A stretch of 64,000 nt of DNA from the NCBI GenBank assembly GCA_963845755.1, contig CAWJTV010000033.1:128001-192000 (forward strand). Direction: 5' to 3'. Under the pieces are notes generated by a model. It was not told the origin of the DNA and did not search any database. It saw nothing but the letters and a program-made list of their open reading frames with translations. The DNA comes from an uncultured Planctomycetota bacterium. Its GTDB lineage: Bacteria; Planctomycetota; Planctomycetia; Isosphaerales; Isosphaeraceae. Below are positions 1 through 9,106 of this stretch, piece after piece; positions within the stretch are counted from its first letter, which is position 1, and each line of letters begins with the position of its first letter. The translations under genes were made by a program, and so were the position numbers.

Positions 1-508
1 CCTCTTGATGCCCTGGCTGCCCAAGCTCCTGATGATGCTGCGCCCCCACGCCGCGACCGCCTTGCCGACCCTCGTCAAGGAGGCCGTCGCGCTCTTCCCG
101 CCCGACCTGGACGCCCTGAACCGGTGGCAGCCGCCGTGGTATCGGCTCGTTGCAGGTCCCGAGGCTGGAACGTCCGTTGAGACGGTCGAAGCCATCACTT
201 CGAGTTCGGTCCTCGAGCCGTCGCAGCAGGCAACGGCCTCGCTCCTGTCCGCTCATCCGGCGACGACCGACGCGCTCGCCGCCAATCTGGGCGTCCCCAT
301 CCTCTGGGCGAAGCCACCGGTCACCGCGGTACCTGCTAGCCTGCGATCCGAGGCGCACGACGCCGTTCGTGCCCTTCTGCACCAATTCCCCTCGACGCCG
401 CAGGCGATGCCCGAACTTCTGGCGCGGAGCTCGCCCAAACATCGAAAACTCCACGATGATGAGCGCGCGGTTCGTCGAACACCAATTACAATAAATGTTA
501 ATTATTGA
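1..508 (+). CDS. C-terminal part of a hypothetical protein running in from the left edge (possibly DUF5682-like)
   Basis: Open frame from the window edge (LLMPWLPKLLMMLR...KEAVALFP...WQPPW...LLSAHPATTDALA). Family resemblance is from memory only, and the end runs into an AT-rich stretch. Confidence 0.35.
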   Translation, partial: LLMPWLPKLLMMLRPHAATALPTLVKEAVALFPPDLDALNRWQPPWYRLVAGPEAGTSVETVEAITSSSVLEPSQQATASLLSAHPATTDALAANLGVPILWAKPPVTAVPASLRSEAHDAVRALLHQFPSTPQAMPELLARSSPKHRKLHDDERAVRRTPITINVNY

Positions 509-701
509 ATATATTATTTACTTTACTGACGCCGATGATACTAGTGTACGGACGCTCCACCTGTTATTCCACCTGTTATCAGGTGCACGGCCCTCGGGAG
601 CGTCGCCCTCGGATCGTGCCCGCGCCGGCGGGTGCCCCGGTGTGCACAACGCATTCGTGGGGCGCTCGCTGATCGCCGCTGGTGCATCGGTCGATCCGCG
701 A

Positions 702-2525
702 TCATGAGCGCGTGGCTTGATAGTCCGTCCACATGCGAAGCGCCTCGTGGGCCGTCTCGGTCGTCAGCCGATCGTCGTTGTGGCTGAGCGCGCGGAGAGA
801 TTCATCGAAGCGCCGGTTCGCCATTCGCAGATAGAGCTCGGCGGCCGACCTCTCCGCAGGCGTGGCCCGATTCAGGGCCTCGGAGCGATCCCAGCGCGCG
901 AGCGTACACGCGGACGTGACCAGCGCGATGGCGGCGTCGGCAACCCGCTCCTGGATGTACTGCTGCTCGAGGATCGCTTCGCGATGGGCGATCAGGAGCC
1001 GCTCGACCGACCGACCGAAGCGCGCGACTCGGCGGGCCAGCGCCTCGGCCATCGGCCGGAGCATCCGCGTGGCCACTGGGACCGTGGGTGTCCGGACCAT
1101 CCGCCCGAAGTGGTCGCGAGTGAAGTTCCAGAAGGTCGGGAGGAACGTGCTGGGGCGCTTGAGGCCGTCGAGGGTCGACTTGAGCCCCTCGGCGATATCG
1201 CGCATGCCAACCAGGGCGATGAATGCCTTGAGGACCTCGTTGGCCCCTTCGCCGATGGTATTGATCCGAGCATCGCGCATCATTCGCTCGTAGGGCTCGT
1301 CGCTGAAGTAGCCCTGACCGCCATGGACCTGGAGGGTCTCGTAAACGCCCTGCCAGAGGACCTCGGTGGAAAAGACCTTGAGGATCGCGGTCTCCAGCAT
1401 ATAGTCCTCGGCACCCCGATCGATCAAGGCGGCCGTCTGATAGGTCGTCGCCTCCATGGCATAGGCCGTGGCGGCCAGGTACGCAATCTTCTTCTTGATC
1501 AGCTCGAGGTCGGCGAGCGGCCGGCCGAACTGATGTCGGCGCGCGGCGTGGCGCGCGGCGGTGGCAAGGCAGACCTTGGCCGATCCGGTGCAACTGGCGC
1601 CGAACGTGGTGCGGCCGAAGTCCAGGACGGTCAGGGCGACCTTGAGCCCTTTGCCCAGCGGTCCGAGGATGTGCGAGGCCGGGACGGGCATGTCGTGGAA
1701 GGCCAGCTTCGCCGTGGCCGTGCCCCGAATGCCGCACTTGGGCATGCGGGCCTCGACCACCTCGAAACCGGGCATATCCGGCGTGACCAGGAAGGCTGTG
1801 ACCTTCGAGTCGCCGCCGCGCGGATCCGGCGTGCGCGCCATCACAGTCAAGACGCCGGCGATGGCGCCGTTGGTGATGTATCGCTTGGTCCCGTTCAGGA
1901 TGTAGGTCTGGCCGTCCTCGGAGGGCCGCGCCGTGGTCTGGACGTTGCTCGCGTCCGAGCCTGCCTGTTCCTCGGTCAGGGCGAACGCCGCGAGCGTCTC
2001 GCCGCTGGCCAGCGAGGGCAACCAGCGCGCCTTCTGCTCCGGCGTCCCGAAGAGAACCAGAGCCCGAAGGCCGATCGAGTGGTGGGCATTGACGAATACG
2101 GCCGTGGCGGCGCAATGGCCGCCGATGACTTCCATGATCCGGCAGTAGCCCATCTGGGAGAAGCCGCGGCCGCCAAACTCCACGGGCGCGGCCATTCCGA
2201 GGACCCCTAGCCCGGCCAGACCCTGGATCACCGAAGGCGGGATATCGGCCTCGCGATCGATGGCCGCGGCGTCGATGTGGGCATCCGCGAACGCCTTGAC
2301 CTCCGATACAGCCTGCTCGACCGCCGGCCGTTCGTGCTCGGTCAGGTCGGGGTAGGGGAAGAGCGAATCGCCCCGGAACTGGCCCCGGAACAGGGCCTTG
2401 GCGAACCCGATGGTCGACGGGCCCGAAAAGAGCAGTTCCTCCGCCTGACGGACCTGCTTGGCTCGCAGTGACTCGTCGTGATCCGGCATCGCGGGACGGT
2501 CGGGTGCCGAGGTCGTTACCGCCAT
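702..2525 (-). CDS. Acyl-CoA dehydrogenase (long, VLCAD/ACAD9-like)
   Basis: 607 aa with AFALTEEQAGSD, LNGTKRYITNG, GIRGTATA, R-QFGRPL, QVHGGQGY and RDARINTIGEGANE, plus a C-terminal extension. Confidence 0.95.
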   Translation of the reverse strand: MAVTTSAPDRPAMPDHDESLRAKQVRQAEELLFSGPSTIGFAKALFRGQFRGDSLFPYPDLTEHERPAVEQAVSEVKAFADAHIDAAAIDREADIPPSVIQGLAGLGVLGMAAPVEFGGRGFSQMGYCRIMEVIGGHCAATAVFVNAHHSIGLRALVLFGTPEQKARWLPSLASGETLAAFALTEEQAGSDASNVQTTARPSEDGQTYILNGTKRYITNGAIAGVLTVMARTPDPRGGDSKVTAFLVTPDMPGFEVVEARMPKCGIRGTATAKLAFHDMPVPASHILGPLGKGLKVALTVLDFGRTTFGASCTGSAKVCLATAARHAARRHQFGRPLADLELIKKKIAYLAATAYAMEATTYQTAALIDRGAEDYMLETAILKVFSTEVLWQGVYETLQVHGGQGYFSDEPYERMMRDARINTIGEGANEVLKAFIALVGMRDIAEGLKSTLDGLKRPSTFLPTFWNFTRDHFGRMVRTPTVPVATRMLRPMAEALARRVARFGRSVERLLIAHREAILEQQYIQERVADAAIALVTSACTLARWDRSEALNRATPAERSAAELYLRMANRRFDESLRALSHNDDRLTTETAHEALRMWTDYQATRS

Positions 2526-2648
2526 GGCCGTGGTCTCCTTCCTCGTTGTCGCGACTCGAATCGAGAGGAGCGTGCGACGATCTCCGCACCTCTCCAGGAA
2601 TTGTAGGACCGGCCCCGCCGAAGAGAAGCCGTCCAGCCCGGCCAGCGA

Positions 2649-3081
2649 TCATACCTCTTCCGCAGGATCCTTCTTCGTTTCGGCCGGTGCAGGGACTCGA
2701 CCCTGGGGCCGCCACCGGTAGCCTCCATCCTTGCCGACCCAGAATGCGATGACGGTTCCGATGACGATCATGAGCAATGTGACGGGACTCTTGTCCGTCA
2801 AGTGGGCGACCATGAATGAGAAGCTGTTGTCCGCCAGGAAATGATGGAACTTCCATTCCGTGAACAGGGACAACCCCAGTGCGCCCAGCGCCGCACAGGA
2901 CTCCGCGCGTGACCGAGCTATGTTGCGCGAGCAGGCCGCAGCCCAATCCCAGGAACGCCCCGGGTATGGCCAGGCCGTAGAATCCTTTGTCCTCGAGCCA
3001 GGCGAAGGTGTAGAATCCCAGCACGCCGCCGATGATTGCACCGACGAGACCCAATACATTGCTGATCAGAAGCCTCCGCAT
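2649..3081 (-). CDS. Small membrane protein (about 4 TM), frameshifted near 2885
   Basis: Hydrophobic N-terminal half (MRRLLISNVLGLVGAIIGGVLG...) in the 802..3096 frame joins the hydrophobic C-terminal half (LGLSLFTEW...TLLMIVIGTVIAFW) in the 2649..3059 frame. Confidence 0.7.
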
Positions 3082-3150
3082 GCTCTCGGCTCCCATTACC
3101 GGACCCGATGCGCCGTGCTCCCAATTGCCCGATCATAACTTCAGAACGAG

Positions 3151-4044
3151 GTGATGGCCATGTCTTCCCCGGCCTCCCGGGTTTCCTGGCGACGCGAGCG
3201 CGACGATCGCGGGGTCTGGACATTGTGGTTCGATCAGGCCGGACGATCGTACAACGTGCTCGACCGCCCCGCTATCGATGAGCTGGAGTCGCATCTGGCC
3301 GATGCGGAGGCTGATCCTGCGATTGCCGGTCTCATCCTGAGGGGAGGAAGGCCCGGCGGCTTCTGCGCGGGTGCCGACCTCAAGACGGTCCTGGCCTGCC
3401 GGACGATGACCGAGGTGGAACAGCTACTCCGGCGGGGATTGACGGTCCTCGACCGCCTGTCGTCGGTCCCGGTCCCCACGCTCGCGGTCATCCACGGCGT
3501 CTGTCTCGGCGGCGGCCTGGAGCTGGCCCTGGCCTGCCGTCGGCGCGTCGCCCTCGCCTCCGCGGAGCCGCTCCAGGTCGGATTGCCGGAAGTGCATTTC
3601 GGATTGGTCCCCGCCTGGGGCGGGATCACCCGGCTTCCCCGGCTCATCGATCCCGACGATGCTCTCGACCTCCTGGTCTCGGGCCGATCGATCGGATATC
3701 TCCGCGCGCGGTCCCTCGGCCTGGTCGATCGGCTGGCTGCCGAGGGCGATCCGGTCGAACCGCGCGACTGGCTGGAGTCGACCGGGCGTCTGGAACGAGC
3801 TCCCTCGGTCGAGGCCTGGGAGTCTGCTCTGGAACGGGCTCGCGCCCAGATCCTTGACCAACCCGGCCAGCATCCGGACGCCCAGGAACGGATCCTGTCC
3901 ATCGTCGAGGTCGACATGGGCCAAGGCCAGGAGACCGCGCGCCAGGCCGCGATCGCAGCGTTCGCGGAACTGGCCCTGTCGGAAGATGTTCGTGAATCGA
4001 TCGCCTCGTTCCTCCAACGCGGTCGCGGGCCATCTAGCCATTGA
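3151..4044 (+). CDS. Enoyl-CoA hydratase/isomerase (crotonase) family protein, resembling the FadJ/FadB N-terminal domain
   Basis: FCAGADL, IHGVCLGGGLELALAC and GLPEVHFGLVPAWGGITRLPRLI motifs. Confidence 0.9.
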   Translation: MMAMSSPASRVSWRRERDDRGVWTLWFDQAGRSYNVLDRPAIDELESHLADAEADPAIAGLILRGGRPGGFCAGADLKTVLACRTMTEVEQLLRRGLTVLDRLSSVPVPTLAVIHGVCLGGGLELALACRRRVALASAEPLQVGLPEVHFGLVPAWGGITRLPRLIDPDDALDLLVSGRSIGYLRARSLGLVDRLAAEGDPVEPRDWLESTGRLERAPSVEAWESALERARAQILDQPGQHPDAQERILSIVEVDMGQGQETARQAAIAAFAELALSEDVRESIASFLQRGRGPSSH

Positions 4045-4114
4045 CAACGATCGCGCCGCGGTCGAGCAGAGAGTAGTGCCGGCACAGGCGGCTGGACACG
4101 AGACGTGTCGCAGT

Positions 4115-4837
4115 TCAGTCACATCCGATATCGATCACGGGCGCTCTTCCGATGGCCGATTCGATCAGATGACGGACGAGGTTGAACCAACGCGGGCCCG
4201 CGTCGAGAATCGCGCTGTCGGCCGTCGCGACGATCTCGGTCGATCGCTTCAGGATCGGGTCCGGATTATCCACCAGCTCGACCGGCCAATCGCACGATCG
4301 TTCGGCGGCGTTCTGGCGGACCAGCGTCCCGATGCGCCCGCTATTGGAGACTGGCCGATCGAAGAACCAGCGGGCCCGGCGGACACCGAGACCGGCGAGC
4401 CCGGCCCCCAGGATCTCGAGGGACGGCAGGGTCTCGGCGACCCGTCGATAGGTCCCATGGACTCCCGCCAGGTCGCGGTAAGCCCCATCCCGGCAGCGCA
4501 GGACCACCCCGCCACCCAGCCAGGTCTCGATCGTCGTCACCACGTTGAATCCATCGATCCATAGCTCAACACCGGCGAGTTCGGCCGCCGCACGTTCGCC
4601 GGCCCGGCGGCGGATCCGTGCCTCGTCCGAACAGGCCGATCGCCGCACGGCCATCCGCTGCCGCTCGGTGAGGCTCCAGCGATCGCCGACCAGCTTCAAA
4701 GCAGAGACCGGCGCATAGCCCCGGCTCAGCAGCCAGGACAGGTCGAGCACCGCCGTGCGCAAGGCCGGCAGGCTCGACGGTCCGAAGGAATCCGCGTCGC
4801 GGGGGTCGGGGCCGCGATGTGTTCGAGTATCGGGCAC
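4115..4837 (-). CDS. DUF434-family protein (PIN/NYN-like acidic motifs)
   Basis: GTG start at 4837; HRGPDPRD, DLSWLLSRGY...LKLVGDR, WIDGFNV, DLAGVHGTYR, FDRPVSNSG and ATADSAILD. Confidence 0.75.
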   Translation of the reverse strand: MPDTRTHRGPDPRDADSFGPSSLPALRTAVLDLSWLLSRGYAPVSALKLVGDRWSLTERQRMAVRRSACSDEARIRRRAGERAAAELAGVELWIDGFNVVTTIETWLGGGVVLRCRDGAYRDLAGVHGTYRRVAETLPSLEILGAGLAGLGVRRARWFFDRPVSNSGRIGTLVRQNAAERSCDWPVELVDNPDPILKRSTEIVATADSAILDAGPRWFNLVRHLIESAIGRAPVIDIGCD

Positions 4838-4998
4838 CGCTCGCTGACCTTGATCGTCACCCTGATGCCGTTGTCGGCGCCAACGAGAGACGGATTCCAG
4901 GTTCACGATTCTGGAATCACCCCTATCTCGAACGTTGAGCCTTGGATTTGAGATTCCCAATCAGACGCTCACGACGCCGAGGGCGACGGAGGGAAACA

Positions 4999-5472
4999 CT
5001 AACGCTGGTACGTCCCCATCAGCTCCCCCTGCGCGAGGATATGCCCCTTCATCGCCTTGAGCAAGCCCGCCTTGTCCAGGCCCTCGGGGAGCTCGAGCCC
5101 TCGATCGAGGGCGTACAACCGGAAAACGTAGCGATGCATGCCGTGCCCTTTTGGCGGAGCCGGTCCCTGGTAGCCGAGCGAATCCCACGAATTCCTGCCC
5201 TGGATGGATCCCAGGGGAGCCTTCGGCCGCGTCATCGGTGGCACACCTTCCATCAGTCCTTCCTGGGTCGCGGGCAACTTGTAGATGACCCAATGAACCC
5301 ACGGCTCGGTGGTCGGTGCGTCGGGATCGTTGACGATCATCGCCAGTTCCCGCGTCGCGGCCGGCAAGCCCTCCCAGGAGAGGGGCGGTGAGAGGTCCTC
5401 GCCGTCACCCGTATGGCGGCGCGGGATGGATGCTCCTCCCGCAAATGCGGCACTTTGCAACGTGATGCTCAT
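4999..5472 (-). CDS. YbhB/YbcL family (PEBP, Raf kinase inhibitor-like) protein
   Basis: DGEDLSPPLSW, DPDAP...WVHWV, GYQGPAPPKGHGMHRYVFRLYALD. Confidence 0.93.
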   Translation of the reverse strand: MSITLQSAAFAGGASIPRRHTGDGEDLSPPLSWEGLPAATRELAMIVNDPDAPTTEPWVHWVIYKLPATQEGLMEGVPPMTRPKAPLGSIQGRNSWDSLGYQGPAPPKGHGMHRYVFRLYALDRGLELPEGLDKAGLLKAMKGHILAQGELMGTYQR

Positions 5473-5730
5473 GCTGCCCTCCCGTGTAACTTCACCACGC
5501 CAACCAATCGTCCGTTCGGTGGATCAAGCCATGCGACTACCCATCGCCCTCAGTTTCGGAATTCGCTCGTCCAAAGACAACCCCTTGACCCGGGATTGTC
5601 GTGTCCGCACGCGCAATCTGGCCTTGAACCAAAGGGCATTCCCTGGCATCTTGCCGCCGCGGGAGCGTCCCGATCTCCGCGGGGCGGATGGTCCGAATCG
5701 AAACCAGCCGCGACCATTGAGGATCCCCAG

Positions 5731-6651
5731 ATGCGTCCGATACTCTTCGTGCTTCTGGGGTCCGGTCTCCGGATCCACAGTTATGGAGTCATGATCTTCG
5801 CCGCCTGTGCGGCGGCGCTGATGATGGCCGTCTGGCGCGCTCGCCGGGAGAAGGTCGATCCCAACGCGGTTTACGAGCTGGCGACCTGGCTGTTCCTCGG
5901 CGGTGTGATCGGAGCACGGGCGTTTTACTTCGTCCAGCATCCTGAGGTGCTTCATGAACCGAGTGATCTCTTCCGTACCTGGCAAGGGGGAAATGTCTTC
6001 TATGGATGCATCCTCGGCGGGTTGACGGGCTCGATCCTCTACTGGCTCCGCCGGCCGTTCCCGTTCTGGCGGATGGCGGACGCGGTCGCGCCGGCGGTGG
6101 CGATCGGGGCCGCGCTGGGCCGCATCGGTTGCTTCCTCAACGGCTGTTGCCATGGTGCGATCTGCGATCTGCCCTGGGCCGTGCGGTTTCCCGCCGGCTC
6201 CCATGCCTGGGCCCGCCAGGTGAATGACGGACTCATCTCGACCGAGGCTCGCCTGTCGCTGCCCGTCCATCCCACGCAACTCTATTCCGCCCTGGCTGGC
6301 TCTGTCGTCGTGGGGTTGCTCCTGCTCTACGCACGCCGGGATCGATCTCCGGGCAAGGTCATGGCACTCTTGATGATCGCCTACTCCGTGACCCGTTGGC
6401 CGATCGAAGCGCTGCGTAGCGACGAGCCGGTTGTCTTCGCCGGAATGACCTGGTCGCAGAACATCAGCGCGGCTCTCATCGTCGGCGGCCTGGCCGTCTG
6501 GTTCAGCCGTCGGCAGCCTGCGAGCGGAGAGCTCGAAGGAACGCCAACCCTCTCGACCCGGACCGACGTGGACGCGACCTCCATCGCGCTCAATCGGGGA
6601 CGCCGGCACGCAAGGAACCCCAGCCAGGTTACCGGCGATCATTTCCGCTGA
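5731..6651 (+). CDS. lgt: Prolipoprotein diacylglyceryl transferase
   Basis: MRPILF...IHSYG, GVIGARAFY, WQGGNVFYG, GRIGCFLNGCCHG, VHPTQLYS and IEALR; multi-TM. Confidence 0.88.
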   Translation: MRPILFVLLGSGLRIHSYGVMIFAACAAALMMAVWRARREKVDPNAVYELATWLFLGGVIGARAFYFVQHPEVLHEPSDLFRTWQGGNVFYGCILGGLTGSILYWLRRPFPFWRMADAVAPAVAIGAALGRIGCFLNGCCHGAICDLPWAVRFPAGSHAWARQVNDGLISTEARLSLPVHPTQLYSALAGSVVVGLLLLYARRDRSPGKVMALLMIAYSVTRWPIEALRSDEPVVFAGMTWSQNISAALIVGGLAVWFSRRQPASGELEGTPTLSTRTDVDATSIALNRGRRHARNPSQVTGDHFR

Positions 6652-8028
6652 TCGGGAACCGGACGATCCGGCGTGGCCTCGGCGGGCGACGCAACGGGTT
6701 GGTTCGCGTCCTCGCCGGCCGGCCGGGAACCGGGAGTCGCCGGCCTGTCGAACTGGCGGCGGTGGGGGGTACGGATAAAACGGCGTCCGGTCGAACAGAT
6801 TCCGGGGACGGAGATCCATGCCGCTCCACATGATCGGGGCCGAGCCCGCCCAGGCATCGTCACCCGGCCAATACCGACGACCCGCGCCCGGCATGCCGTC
6901 CTCGTTCCTCGGCTCATGGTGCACGGCCGAGTTGCACCACAGGACGATGTCGGCCTGTTCGATCACCTCCTCATCCTTGACGATGTTCGGCAAGTTGACG
7001 AACAGGTACTCCAGCGGCCGATCGGAATGAGACCGGCTGACCCAGAGGTCGTGGTGCGTGAACGGCTCGCGGTGCCGCGGCGTGCCGTAGCGGAGCGGCA
7101 TCAGGTCGTAGGCGATCGTCTGGCCGCGCGCGTTCTTCTTGTCCGACTCGACCCGGATCATCGTGAATTCCTTGGGATCCCAGTCGACTCCACCCTCCAT
7201 CCCGCCGTTGAACGGCTCCTTCACATCCTCGGCGGCCAGGCTGGCGGGGTCCTCCACATGTTTCATGAGCATGGCGGAGTTCTTCCGGGCATCGAACAGG
7301 TCAATATCGATGCGCCAGTGGGCGCTGTGGACGTGGGCCTCATACCGCTGGCCGGGCAGGTTCTGTCCCGTCGCCCCAACCCGAAACGCGATGGTCCCGT
7401 CGTCGTGAAAGGAGTAGGACATCAGATACATGTAATTCCCGGCCTCGAGGGCACCCCAGAGGACCAGTTCCCGACCCCGACGAACGCCGTGGGCGTAATC
7501 CTTCCAGGCGATGCCCCGGTCGCGCACTTCCTTCACGACCGTCGGGTAGGTGTCCCCCTGGAACGCGGGCATGAGCGTGCCGAAGGGGCCGGCATCCTCG
7601 GCCTTGACCTCGGCCATCGGGAACGAGAAGCTGGTCAGGTCGAGAAAGCGCACGTAGCTGTGCTGGTGGTAGGGGACGAACAGCTCGGCAACTCGCGCGT
7701 CGTTGAGGATCTTGATCCAGTCCTCTCCCAGGTCGCGCTTGAACCACGCCCCCGTGATGTAGAGGCCCTTGTGCACGCCCCGGGTGTAGTGGACCTTCCA
7801 GGCCGTCCCCTTGCGTGGCTCCACGCCACCCGATTCGCTGAACAAGAACTCGGCAGTCACCTCCTGGGACGGCGGATCGACGGGCACCGGTCGCCGGAAG
7901 TATGGCTGTGCCGAGGCCGTGGCTGCGCCGATCACCGCGTACCACCAAAGCGCCAGGAACAGAGCCGGGCGGATTGGGCGAAAGACCACGGCACGCGCCG
8001 GATGCGCGGAGAGAGCAACAACAGACAC
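6639..8028 (-). CDS. Copper amine oxidase catalytic (D4) domain protein with a signal peptide; true 3' end probably reached via a frameshift near 6765
   Basis: GTG at 8028 after GAGGAG. Motifs AELFVPY, FLD (catalytic-base position), GNYMY (TPQ-precursor Tyr), FHDDGTI...GATG, HVH and DIVLW...HHEPRNED (Cu ligands), LRPRNLFDRTP. The computed ORF continues antisense through lgt, which is implausible. Confidence 0.85.
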
Positions 8029-8204
8029 GGAGTTCTCCTCCTCAACAGGGTGCACACGGCAGCCCCCAGGGTTTCACCCTGGGATGAGCGCCGCCGGCCA
8101 ATGGGGCCGGGGGGAATCGGGCCGGCCCGACTCGGCTTCAGCGGCATGAGGGGCCGCGGGAACAGAGCCCCGGGGAAACCCGGGGTCCACAGCGGAGCGA
8201 GATT

Positions 8205-8948
8205 CTACTTCCCATCACCCTCTCGCTTACGGCGCGGGCGATCGGGATCGGGCTCCGGGTCCGGAGTCCGGACCTCGCGAGCCGTCAGGTTGACCTGGGG
8301 ACGCGGATAGCTCAGGTCGTGCTTACCCAAGCGATAATTCAAGTAGACGACCCGGTGAACCCGGGGCTCGTCCTTGACGGTGTACTGGCTGAATTGCGGA
8401 TAGACCTTGAGCTGCTCACCATAGGTCTCGTACAGCTTCTTGACCTCATCGCTCTTCTCGCGTGCCGCGGCCACGGCCTCGTCGAACTCGGTATCGGAGA
8501 GCGGCGTGGGAATGTGCTGGGCCGCCTGGACATCGACGACGCGCCCCGTGTTCAGGTTGACGGTCGCATAGAACGTGATGTCGTCGAAATAGCGATAGGA
8601 GGTCACGACGGCTCGAGGAGCCGGGGCCTTGGCCGTGTTCTTGGTCTTGGCCTTGGCCTTGGAAGCCTCGCCCGGGGCCGGCGGATCGTCCTCCTTGCGG
8701 GGGAGGAGCTCGACGTTGACCACGTATTCGCGCTGATCGGCTTCGGGTTCGGAAGCCCCTTCGGTCTTCTTGCGCAGCTCTCGCATCGCCCCTCGGGCCA
8801 GCTCGACGGCCTGCTTGGTCTGCTGGGCGGTCAACCCGGGGCGCGGGCTCGGAGGCTGATCCTGAGCACCCGCCTGCCAGACCATGATGGAACCGACCAG
8901 CCCCATCGCGGCGGCCAGGACTGCCAGGGCCCGGAATCCGAGATTCAT
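8205..8948 (-). CDS. Secreted protein resembling the copper amine oxidase N-terminal D2/D3 domains
   Basis: Signal peptide (LAVLAAAMGLVGSIMVWQAGA); RAVVTSYRY...ATVNLNTGRVVDV...PTPLSDTEFDEA...VNLTAREV matches the D2/D3 pattern; AGGAGA RBS. Confidence 0.65.
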   Translation of the reverse strand: MNLGFRALAVLAAAMGLVGSIMVWQAGAQDQPPSPRPGLTAQQTKQAVELARGAMRELRKKTEGASEPEADQREYVVNVELLPRKEDDPPAPGEASKAKAKTKNTAKAPAPRAVVTSYRYFDDITFYATVNLNTGRVVDVQAAQHIPTPLSDTEFDEAVAAAREKSDEVKKLYETYGEQLKVYPQFSQYTVKDEPRVHRVVYLNYRLGKHDLSYPRPQVNLTAREVRTPDPEPDPDRPRRKREGDGK

Positions 8949-9106
8949 GGATGTCTCCTCGTAGTATGTCTTGATGCTCGTCCTCGTCGGCCTGGGGGCT
9001 GCACCGGCACGACCGGCCGGACCTCATCCACCCAGCCGACATCGAATCGAGGCTCGGACGGAGCCGCATCCCGACCAAATCGAGCTTCGCGTTCACAGGC
9101 TCGTGC

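Noticed and set aside
485..530. Possible dif site or DnaA-box origin
   Set aside because: No good match to the XerD arm TTATGTTAAAT or to TTATCCACA. Kept only as an unexplained AT-rich island.
802..3096. 764-aa ORF overlapping the acyl-CoA dehydrogenase
   Set aside because: Only the first ~70 codons are real (membrane protein N-terminus). The rest is an Arg/Pro-rich off-frame read-through caused by an indel.
5524..6638. Apparent 370-aa C-terminal extension of the amine oxidase
   Set aside because: It is antisense to lgt with shadow-ORF composition; a frameshift near the G run at 6764-6769 explains it.
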